From: Verrucomicrobia bacterium UBA6176
GTDB lineage: Bacteria; Verrucomicrobiota; Verrucomicrobiia; Limisphaerales; UBA9464
Direction: 5' to 3'
Assembly (NCBI GenBank): GCA_002422905.1
Contig: DITU01000103.1
Span: 1,961 to 65,960 of the forward strand
DNA: 64,000 nucleotides
Shown here: positions 57,063-64,000 of the stretch, one piece after another
Layout of the letters: every line of letters starts with the position of its first letter
Numbering within the stretch: position 1 is the first letter of the stretch
The notes under the pieces: model-generated
The model's database searches: none
What the model saw: the letters and a program-made list of their open reading frames with translations, nothing else
Told to the model about the DNA's origin: nothing
Position numbers and translations under genes: made by a program

Positions 57063-57223
57063 GCGATGCATCCCGAGGGTGTTGGCGGGTGCGAGAACGA
57101 GGGGTGGGACCGGCAGGCGCGCAGGAGGCGTCATTTGCTGGCCATTCCGTTGTTTCAATCGGCAGCACCGATCCCTAGCGTCCAAAACATGATGGTCAGG
57201 CCCGGTTCCTGACCTTGTCGGAG

Positions 57224-57565
57224 ATGCCGAAGTTACCCCAGCTGAAAGTCATCGAAGGGCCTGCGCTCAGCCTCCATGACCTGACGCGGGGCGAGTTGGT
57301 TGCAGGTCGGGGACCCGAGTCAGAGATCCCGCTCGCAGACCGTGGCGTGAGTCGCCGCCATTTCCTGATACGCCTGAGGGAGGGTCGATGGTATGTGGAG
57401 GATCTCGGCAGCAGCAATGGGACCTACGTCAACGGCCTTCGGATCCTCCAACCCTGGGTGTTGCGCAACGGTGATCAGATCAAGGCTGGCCCCTTCACGC
57501 TCGTGTTCAGCTCCGGCGAGGAAGAGGACGACGTCACCCTGCTCAGCCTGAGGTTGCCGCACTGA
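57224..57565 (+). CDS. FHA-domain protein
   Basis: GRGPESEIPLADRGVSRRHFLIRLREGRWYVEDLGSSNGTYVNGLRI is a canonical FHA core. About 113 aa. Confidence 0.8.
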   Translation: MPKLPQLKVIEGPALSLHDLTRGELVAGRGPESEIPLADRGVSRRHFLIRLREGRWYVEDLGSSNGTYVNGLRILQPWVLRNGDQIKAGPFTLVFSSGEEEDDVTLLSLRLPH

Positions 57566-57663
57566 CGCCGCTTCCGCGCAGGTGCGGTTGACCTCACGTT
57601 TCTCCGAGGGTTGGCATCCGGGCGGCTTACGGGGCGGGATTGAAATCGAGCGTTGTCGTGCCG

Positions 57664-58560
57664 ATGTCGGATGTGGTCCGGATGTTGATCGTCGGGACGA
57701 TGTGGGGATTGCACGGGCCCTTGCTGAAGATGGGGTTTGCGGCGGGGTTGAGTTTTCCACAGGCGGCATTGGGGGAATACGTGGTGGGCGCGACGGCATT
57801 CGGGGTGGCGTGCTGGGCGCGGCGGACGGGTTGGCCGCCGGCGACGTTGCGATTCTGGGGGGCGATGCTGGCGTGCGGGGTGGTGGGGAGCGGGGTGGCG
57901 TTGTTCCTGTTCTGGTCGTATCAGCTGGGGCCGGTGCCGGTGGGGGCGACGCTGTTGTTCCTATATGTGCCGTTCACGACGGTGTTGCAGGCGATGCTGG
58001 CGCGACGGATGCCGCCGGTGAGCCGATGGATCTCGGTGATCCTGGTGACGGCGGGAGCGTTTGTGGCGACGGATTTCATCGGGGTGGCGGGGCGGGACAA
58101 CCTGGCTGGGGCGCCGCAGGCGATCCTGGCGGCGCTGTGTTTCGCGCTTTTCTTCCTGATGTCAGCGCGGTTGGGAGACCAGGCGACGCCGGAGTGGCGG
58201 TCCTTCCTGTTTTCGGTGCTTTCCGGGTTGGTGGTGCTGGGGGTGGCCTGGGGAGTGGGTTGGGGGTTGGAGCCGGCGGGAGGATGGGGACGGGTTCAGG
58301 TGGGATGGGTGCTGGTGTTGGGGGGGATCGGGCAGATCGTGCCGGTGTTCCTGTTGGTGAAGGCGGCGCCGAAAGTGGGCGGTGGACTGGGGAGCATCCT
58401 GACCTCGGTGGAATTGCCGGTGGCGGTGGGGATGTCGGCGTGGCTGCTGGGAGAGGGGATCCGGGGTGTGCAGGTGTTGGGAGTGCTGCTGATCCTGGGA
58501 GGGATAGCGGTACCGGCGATGATGTCGGGTCCGGTTTCTGCTGCGGGGAAACCTGAATGA
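57664..58560 (+). CDS. DMT-superfamily (EamA-like) transporter
   Basis: About 10 hydrophobic helices in two halves. ATG 57664 (the ORF is open from a TTG at 57640). The stop overlaps the next gene's start (ATGA at 58557-58560). Confidence 0.65.
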   Translation: MSDVVRMLIVGTMWGLHGPLLKMGFAAGLSFPQAALGEYVVGATAFGVACWARRTGWPPATLRFWGAMLACGVVGSGVALFLFWSYQLGPVPVGATLLFLYVPFTTVLQAMLARRMPPVSRWISVILVTAGAFVATDFIGVAGRDNLAGAPQAILAALCFALFFLMSARLGDQATPEWRSFLFSVLSGLVVLGVAWGVGWGLEPAGGWGRVQVGWVLVLGGIGQIVPVFLLVKAAPKVGGGLGSILTSVELPVAVGMSAWLLGEGIRGVQVLGVLLILGGIAVPAMMSGPVSAAGKPE

Positions 58561-59486
58561 CTGACGAGGTTCCAGTGATTGATTTCGCCCCGTTCTTTGA
58601 GGGGTCGGAGGGGCGGCGGCGGGTGGGTGCGGAGGTGTATCGGGCGGCGCATGAGACGGGGTTCATGTATCTGCGGGGGCATGGGATTGGAGAGGACGAA
58701 GTGGACCGGGCATTTGCGATGGCCCGGGAATTCTTTGCGTTGCCGGCGGAGATGAAGGCCCGGTGCCTGCGGACTTCGGGGAATTTTGGGTATCAGGCGG
58801 TGGCCCAGGAGGCGTTGGATCCGGGACAACCGCCGGACCTGAAGGAAGATTTCACGTTGCGGGATGCGCCGCGTTGGGAGGCGACGGATCCGCGCTGGCC
58901 TTCGGAGGAGTTTCGGCAGGGGGCATTGGCGATTTACGGGCGGTGCCGGGAACTGGCGGGGCAGGTGATGCGGGCATTTGGGGTGGCCCTGGAATTGCCG
59001 CCGGAATTCTTTGATGAACGGCACACGGGCCTGACGCAGACGTTGCGGCTCCTGCATTATCCACCGAGCCGACAATGGCAGGCGGGACAACTGGGGGCGG
59101 GCGCGCACACGGATTACGGGACCCTGACGGTGTTGTTCCAGGACATGGCCGGGGGGTTGGAGGTGGAGAACGCGGCGGGACAATGGATTCCGGCACCGCC
59201 GATACCGGGGACGGTGGTGGTGAACACCGGAGACCTGCTGGCGCGCTGGAGCAACGGGGTGTTCCGGTCGACGCCGCACCGGGTCCAGATCCGGCCGGCG
59301 GGCGCGGCGGCGGGGAGGCTTTCGATGGCGTTCTTCAGTGACCCGGATCCGGACGTGCTGGTGGAGACGATTCCCTCCTGCGTGACGTCGGAGCGGCCGG
59401 TGGGATATCCGCCAATCCGGGCGGGGCAACATATCGAGGAACGGATCCGGATCTCGATGCAACAGGCGGCGGCGCGGCAGGGATGA
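58557..59486 (+). CDS. 2-oxoglutarate/Fe(II)-dependent oxygenase (isopenicillin N synthase-like family)
   Basis: VPVIDFAPFF, LLHYPP, GAHTDYGTLTVLFQD and GGLEV. The facial triad residues are in AHTD and STPHRV. Confidence 0.85.
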   Translation: MTDEVPVIDFAPFFEGSEGRRRVGAEVYRAAHETGFMYLRGHGIGEDEVDRAFAMAREFFALPAEMKARCLRTSGNFGYQAVAQEALDPGQPPDLKEDFTLRDAPRWEATDPRWPSEEFRQGALAIYGRCRELAGQVMRAFGVALELPPEFFDERHTGLTQTLRLLHYPPSRQWQAGQLGAGAHTDYGTLTVLFQDMAGGLEVENAAGQWIPAPPIPGTVVVNTGDLLARWSNGVFRSTPHRVQIRPAGAAAGRLSMAFFSDPDPDVLVETIPSCVTSERPVGYPPIRAGQHIEERIRISMQQAAARQG

Positions 59487-59508
59487 GGTGGAAGGAGTGA
59501 GGAACCAG

Positions 59509-60882
59509 ATGAAGATCGAGGAATTGCCAAGTTACGAATCATTGGGGTTGCCGGTGGAACGGGACGGACTGGAGCAGTTCGACCATCTGCAGGCGTATCG
59601 GCGGCTGGGACCCATTTACCGGTTGCAGTTCCGGGGAGAGGAACATGTGGTGATCGGGGGCATGGATGCGAACGAGGCGGCGTGGCGGAATCCGGACCTG
59701 TGGTCGTATGAGGATGCGCTGGTGCCGTTCCGGGAGATGATGGGGCCGACGCATGTGACCCAGTTGGATCGCGAGGTGCATCGGCGCAAGCGACGCAACC
59801 TGAGGAACGGGTTCGCGATGAGCGCGTTGGTGCGGCACCTGGAGACGTTGGACCGGGTGTTGGCGACGGAGTTTGCGGCGCATGCGGGTCGTCCGATCCG
59901 GCTTCATGATTTCCTGATGACGGCATTGACGTTGGCGAACAGCCGGACGGTGTTGCATTGCGAGCTGGATGCGGAGGCATTGCGGCATTTCGTGGTGTTC
60001 GAGGAGGAGTTCATCCAGGGCATCTCGATGGGTGAGGCGCGGCATGCGCACTATGGGCGACCGGGATTTGTGGAGCATCGGGAGTATGTGTTTGGATTCC
60101 TGCGGCAGTTGGTGGAGCGACGGTTGGGTGGGGAAACCCAGCCGGACAATTTCCAGGAGATGCTGGAGGATCGGCGGGAGCGTGGGGAACCGTTGGATGC
60201 CGGTGAGTTGGTGCCGGAAGCGTATCTGCTGTTGATGGCCGGCACGGGCAACACGGCGAAGATGTTGAACTGTGGGTTGCAGAACCTGTGGGAGGATCCG
60301 GCCTGGCTGGGGGTGTTGGAGGAGGAACTTGCCGGGTACAGTGCATCGGGATTGATGTCGGGGATGGGTCGATTCCCGCGGTTGAAGGCGACGTTGATGG
60401 AGATGGAACGGATGTTTCCGGCGGCACCGGTGATGTCGCGGGTGGTGCATGAGGCGTTTGAGTTTGGGGGATATGAACTGCCGAAGGGCACGCGGGTGCT
60501 GCATTTGCAGACGTTGCCGCACTTCCTGGAAGAGGTTTATGAAGAGCCGTACCGGTTCCGACCGGCGCGCTGGCTGGAACGGGAGTATCCGAAGAAGGCC
60601 CATGGCACGTTTGGGGGCAGCACGCACATCTGTCTTGGGATGAACCTGGTCCGGTTGCATGGGCCGGTGGTGGTGGGCAATCTGGTGCGGGATTACCGGC
60701 TGGAGTTGCGTGGGGAGGGAAAGATCGAGGTGAACCTCAACTATGGCGTACCGCAGGTGGCGGATCTGGAGGCCGTCTGGACGCCGCGTTCGGACAACGG
60801 GAATCTTGCGGTGACAACAACCGATGCCCTGTCCGTTGCTGGCCGGTCCGGGCAAAATCCGACAGCATCCCTCCGCCACTGA
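59509..60882 (+). CDS. Cytochrome P450
   Basis: Heme-binding loop FGGSTHICLGMNL and ExxR motif EMERMF. The putative I-helix LLLMAGTGNTAKM lacks the usual acid-Thr pair. A GGAGG-like RBS lies about 12 nt upstream of ATG 59509. Confidence 0.85.
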   Translation: MKIEELPSYESLGLPVERDGLEQFDHLQAYRRLGPIYRLQFRGEEHVVIGGMDANEAAWRNPDLWSYEDALVPFREMMGPTHVTQLDREVHRRKRRNLRNGFAMSALVRHLETLDRVLATEFAAHAGRPIRLHDFLMTALTLANSRTVLHCELDAEALRHFVVFEEEFIQGISMGEARHAHYGRPGFVEHREYVFGFLRQLVERRLGGETQPDNFQEMLEDRRERGEPLDAGELVPEAYLLLMAGTGNTAKMLNCGLQNLWEDPAWLGVLEEELAGYSASGLMSGMGRFPRLKATLMEMERMFPAAPVMSRVVHEAFEFGGYELPKGTRVLHLQTLPHFLEEVYEEPYRFRPARWLEREYPKKAHGTFGGSTHICLGMNLVRLHGPVVVGNLVRDYRLELRGEGKIEVNLNYGVPQVADLEAVWTPRSDNGNLAVTTTDALSVAGRSGQNPTASLRH

Positions 60883-60889
60883 TTTTCCA

Positions 60890-61915
60890 ATGCGCATTCC
60901 ACATTACATGGCGTCCGGGGAATTCACCCGGTTCGTCCGGGCATTGCCCAAGACTGAAACGCACCTGCACCTGGAAGGCTCGACCCCGATCGAGCTGTTG
61001 AAGGAACTGGAGCCGGCGAAGTTTGCCGAGGCGCCGCCGTTCTGGTCGCCGGAATACCGGTACCGGGATTTCGACCAGTTCATGAAGTTGTACGACGAGT
61101 ATTGCCTGACGTTCTACACGACGGCGCAGCGGTACCATGACGCGGCGAAGATCGTGTTGGCGACGTGTCGGGAGCAGGGCTGCCGCTATGTGGAGACGAG
61201 CATTCACCTGCCTGGGTTGGCGTATGTGAAGGACAGCGGTCCCGAGGTTCTGGCAGCCATCCGCGAGGCGGCCCCGGCGGGGATGGAAGTGCGGATCTTC
61301 GCCGGCATGTGCCACAACGATTATGCCCAGCACGGCGCCTTGATCGAGTCGGCCCTCGGCTGGGACGACCTGGCCGGGGTGGACCTGCATGGGCCGGAGT
61401 ATTGGCCGATGGAATCGTGGACGGCGGGGGTATGGGAACGGGCGCGGGCGGCGGGCAAGGCGACCAAGGCGCATGCGGGAGAGTTCATGCCGGCGAGCTA
61501 TGTGAGCTGGGTGCTCGACAACCTCGGGGTGCGTCGGGTTGAGCACGGGGTGCGGTCGGTGGAAGATCCGGATTTGGTCCAGCGGTTGGTCCGGGACGAC
61601 ATCACGTTGGACGTCTGCCCGATCAGCAATGTGAAATTGGCGGTGCAGGGGGTGCCGGAAATGAAGGCCCACCCGATCCGGCGCCTGTTCGATGCCGGGG
61701 TTCGGGTGACCCTCAATTCGGATGACACGTTCTTCTTCGGGAACCGGTTGGAGGAGGAGTACATCGCGCTCAACCAGGAGCTGGGTTTCACCCGATGGGA
61801 ACTGGCGCGGATGGCCCGCAACGGATTTGAAATTGCGCTGGTGGACGAAGCGGTACGCGCGCGGTTGCTTGCGGAATGGGATGGCTTCGTGGCGGCGCAG
61901 GGTTTGAAACCGTAA
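60890..61915 (+). CDS. Adenosine/AMP deaminase-family metallohydrolase
   Basis: PKTETHLHLEGS, KAHAGEF, VEHGVR and VTLNSDD are the metal and catalytic motifs of the adenosine deaminase fold. ATG 60890, 8 nt after the P450 stop. Confidence 0.8.
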   Translation: MRIPHYMASGEFTRFVRALPKTETHLHLEGSTPIELLKELEPAKFAEAPPFWSPEYRYRDFDQFMKLYDEYCLTFYTTAQRYHDAAKIVLATCREQGCRYVETSIHLPGLAYVKDSGPEVLAAIREAAPAGMEVRIFAGMCHNDYAQHGALIESALGWDDLAGVDLHGPEYWPMESWTAGVWERARAAGKATKAHAGEFMPASYVSWVLDNLGVRRVEHGVRSVEDPDLVQRLVRDDITLDVCPISNVKLAVQGVPEMKAHPIRRLFDAGVRVTLNSDDTFFFGNRLEEEYIALNQELGFTRWELARMARNGFEIALVDEAVRARLLAEWDGFVAAQGLKP

Positions 61916-61958
61916 GCAATCCCCGGGTCATCCGGGAGCGCGGGGATTCATCCGGCGG

Positions 61959-63542
61959 TCATACTGGCGGATGTTCCGAACGTTCCATCACCACCGGCAC
62001 CAGCAGCATCAGGCCGGACATCGAGAGGTACCCGAGCACCCATTTCCAGCCCGGGCGCAGGGAGCCGACGATGTCGCCGGGGATGTAATCGAAGGTGTGG
62101 ATGAAGCCGATGGCGGCGAGGCCGGCGCCGCCGGCGAACCAGAGTGCGGCGTGGCGGAAACGCTGGTCGATGATGGCCACGGTGGCGGCGGCGAGGATCA
62201 GGCAGCTGAGGAAGTAGCCCTGGTCGAGGGCGAAGAGGCCTTCGGCATAGAAGTTTCTGGCCTTGAGGATCGATTCGATCAGTTCGGGGTTCCACGGCTT
62301 TTCCGGGGTGCCCACGCCGGCCCCGGCGAGGACGTTGCGGGCGACGAGTGCGCAGTACCCGGCAATGGCGGGGAAGAGTCCGACGATGACGGCGGGGATG
62401 TGGCGCCTGGGGACGGCTTCAAAGGCCTGGGTGCCCATGGAGATGCCGATCCAGATGAGGATGGCCATGCCGGCCTCCACCGGGATCGACCAGGCGAGCA
62501 GGCTGAGCGAGCCGGTCAGGCAGATGAGGGCGACGAACACCGCGTTCAGGGTCGAGTATCCCGCCCGGGACCCGATCGCTTTCCAACCCGGATGTCCGAT
62601 GTAGAGGGTGGTGGGATACGGCGATCCGAACAGGGCCGAGATGAGGGTTCCGACGCCGTTGATGATCAGCGACGGACGGGTTTCATAGGAATCGCCAGCG
62701 GCTTCGGCGGAAGCCAGGACCTGCATGGATCCCACCACGTTCACCACACCCATGGGCAGGATGATGCTGAAGAAAGGCAGCAGGTAAGGAAGGCTGTCCC
62801 ATACCGCTCCCAGTGCCGGGCGCGGCAGGTGGAATCCGAGGTGGCTCAGGTCGAGCGGATAGGCCGGTGCCGGCGACGGTTGCCCGATCCAATGCAGTCC
62901 CCAGGCCCCCAGAGTTCCCATGAGCAACACCACCAACCCTCCAGGAATACCCCATTTGAACCGGTGTCCGCCGTAGTAGACCACCAGCGCAACCGCCAGG
63001 GTGCTCATCCCGATCAACGGATATACCCAGGCGCGAAACAGGAAATCCATGGCGATGAAGAACACTCCAATGCCCGCCAGGGCGGCGAGCAACGCCGCCA
63101 GAGGGGTGATCCGTCGCAGATGATGCAGGATAAAGGCGCCACCCAGTTCGATCAGGCCGGATCCGATACATGCCGCGATGCCGGCGTACCAAGCGATTTC
63201 ATCGGCCCGGGCTTTCTCCAATCCCTGGGCGAGGCCGAGTTGCTGCGCCGGATACATCACCAGGAGGGAATAGATGATGACGGTGATGAGGTTGAATCCG
63301 TAGGGAAGGGCACAGACATCGGTACGTCCCTCCCGCGCGGCGAGTCGGAGGGCTTGCCGGGCATAAAGAAGGTTGCCAAAGACGAGGCCGACAGCGGAGG
63401 CGGGAAGGATGCGGCCGTAGTAGAGTTCGGGTGAAAAGCCCAGCAACCCGAGACAGAACCCGGTCATCAGGAGCAGGTTCACCAGGCTGTCGAGACCCAG
63501 CGCGAAGAACCCGTCCAGATCTCCTTTGACGAAAGCTTTCAT
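61959..63542 (-). CDS. NCS2/AzgA-like nucleobase (xanthine/uracil-type) permease, putative
   Basis: 527-aa polytopic membrane protein starting MKAFVKGDLDGFFALGLDSLVNLLL. The family assignment rests on overall pattern only. Confidence 0.6.
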   Translation of the reverse strand: MKAFVKGDLDGFFALGLDSLVNLLLMTGFCLGLLGFSPELYYGRILPASAVGLVFGNLLYARQALRLAAREGRTDVCALPYGFNLITVIIYSLLVMYPAQQLGLAQGLEKARADEIAWYAGIAACIGSGLIELGGAFILHHLRRITPLAALLAALAGIGVFFIAMDFLFRAWVYPLIGMSTLAVALVVYYGGHRFKWGIPGGLVVLLMGTLGAWGLHWIGQPSPAPAYPLDLSHLGFHLPRPALGAVWDSLPYLLPFFSIILPMGVVNVVGSMQVLASAEAAGDSYETRPSLIINGVGTLISALFGSPYPTTLYIGHPGWKAIGSRAGYSTLNAVFVALICLTGSLSLLAWSIPVEAGMAILIWIGISMGTQAFEAVPRRHIPAVIVGLFPAIAGYCALVARNVLAGAGVGTPEKPWNPELIESILKARNFYAEGLFALDQGYFLSCLILAAATVAIIDQRFRHAALWFAGGAGLAAIGFIHTFDYIPGDIVGSLRPGWKWVLGYLSMSGLMLLVPVVMERSEHPPV

Positions 63543-64000
63543 GGCGGACGACTGCGACGACGCGGGAGCAACTCATGTGCCGGTGGTTTCAGTCCATGGC
63601 CACAGGCAGGTGTATGGAAGTGGGCGGGGAGGTCTCGCGCGGAGGCGTGGGGAATGCGGAGGAGGAATAGTCCAGTCGTCTGGATTTTCCCGGTCCGGTC
63701 CGATGCCGGCCATCGGCGAGGTGTGAAGGGAGGGTGGACCAGTTGGGTTCTCTCGGCGCTTTCGGCGGTTCGGCGCCAGACGTTTCCGGCGGAGCTTTTT
63801 CTTGTCGGTACTTTCGGTGGAAACCCCAGCTGGGCTTTGATGGATCACAGCACGATCAAGGAACAGATCGCGGTGTTCTGTGAGTGACATCATCGCCGGT
63901 GCCTGTACTGCCTGGACCTGACCTTTGTCTGCACGGGTCGGCCTGGGGCGAAGCGGTGAGTTTGGGAAATGGTGGAACCTGTCCCTGGTCATCCTTTCTC

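Noticed and set aside
63543-63720. Possible purine riboswitch upstream of the nucleobase permease; also a possible Moco riboswitch near the mod-like genes (17214-17285)
   Set aside because: The conserved purine-riboswitch junction sequences are not visible. The space upstream of the ModA-like gene is too short for a Moco riboswitch.
63573-63992. 139-aa minus ORF at the window end, and overlapping plus ORFs
   Set aside because: P/R-rich, basic, low-complexity translation with no motifs. The window ends here, so context is missing.

Overview
This is a gene-dense, high-GC window (mid-60s % GC by eye). I call about 50 protein-coding genes and one tRNA-Gln. No rRNA or CRISPR array is present.

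The gene content suggests a chromosome from the PVC superphylum, most likely Verrucomicrobiota. The cues are an ECF sigma factor paired with a Ser/Thr kinase carrying WD40-like repeats, large secreted beta-propeller and LamG proteins, and modular intergenic repeats. This taxonomic call is inference only.

Layout:
- **1-6 kb, housekeeping:** partial nupC, a DTW-domain protein, galM, a GT2 polyprenol-phosphate mannosyltransferase, tRNA-Gln, a lipoprotein and pdxJ.
- **19.6 to 6.1 kb, minus strand:** a 12-gene co-directional array with tiny gaps or overlapping stop/start codons. In order: polyprenyl synthase, ECF sigma, anti-sigma, tandem-ModA, ModB, ModC, MoeB-like, then a five-gene block (secreted unknown protein, MacB/FtsX-type ABC pair, two secreted PQQ-like beta-propeller proteins).
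- **19.7-23.6 kb:** ECF sigma plus Ser/Thr kinase.
- **23.6-27.8 kb:** Mla/MCE-like operon led by an aromatic-repeat protein.
- **28-38 kb, mixed genes:** lipoprotein, coiled-coil protein, PQQ-type sugar dehydrogenase, VanZ, serS, AraC, DUF2238 and an amidohydrolase, separated by modular repeat blocks.
- **38.6-41.6 kb:** histidine kinase with an FG-GAP propeller sensor, plus a NarL-type response regulator.
- **41.6-47.2 kb:** a clearly lower-GC island encoding a LuxR-type regulator, a small basic secreted protein and a 1044-aa acidic repeat protein.
- **46.5-50.3 kb, decayed mobile DNA:** RayT/IS200-like pseudogene, Clp-like AAA+ fragment, frameshifted Zn-ribbon ORF, VapBC and a group II intron reverse-transcriptase remnant.
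- **50.3-56.9 kb:** czcCBA-type RND efflux operon.
- **57.2-63.5 kb:** FHA protein, then a DMT / 2OG-oxygenase / P450 / adenosine-deaminase-like operon convergent with a nucleobase permease.

The strongest candidates for something new are the low-GC island with its Cys-clamped repeat protein, the translationally coupled ABC plus beta-propeller operon, and the modular repeat family.

All functional calls rest on motif recognition in the supplied translations or on my own hand translation. No database search was run, and start codons may be off by a few codons. Many long ORFs in the track are antisense shadow ORFs and were discarded.
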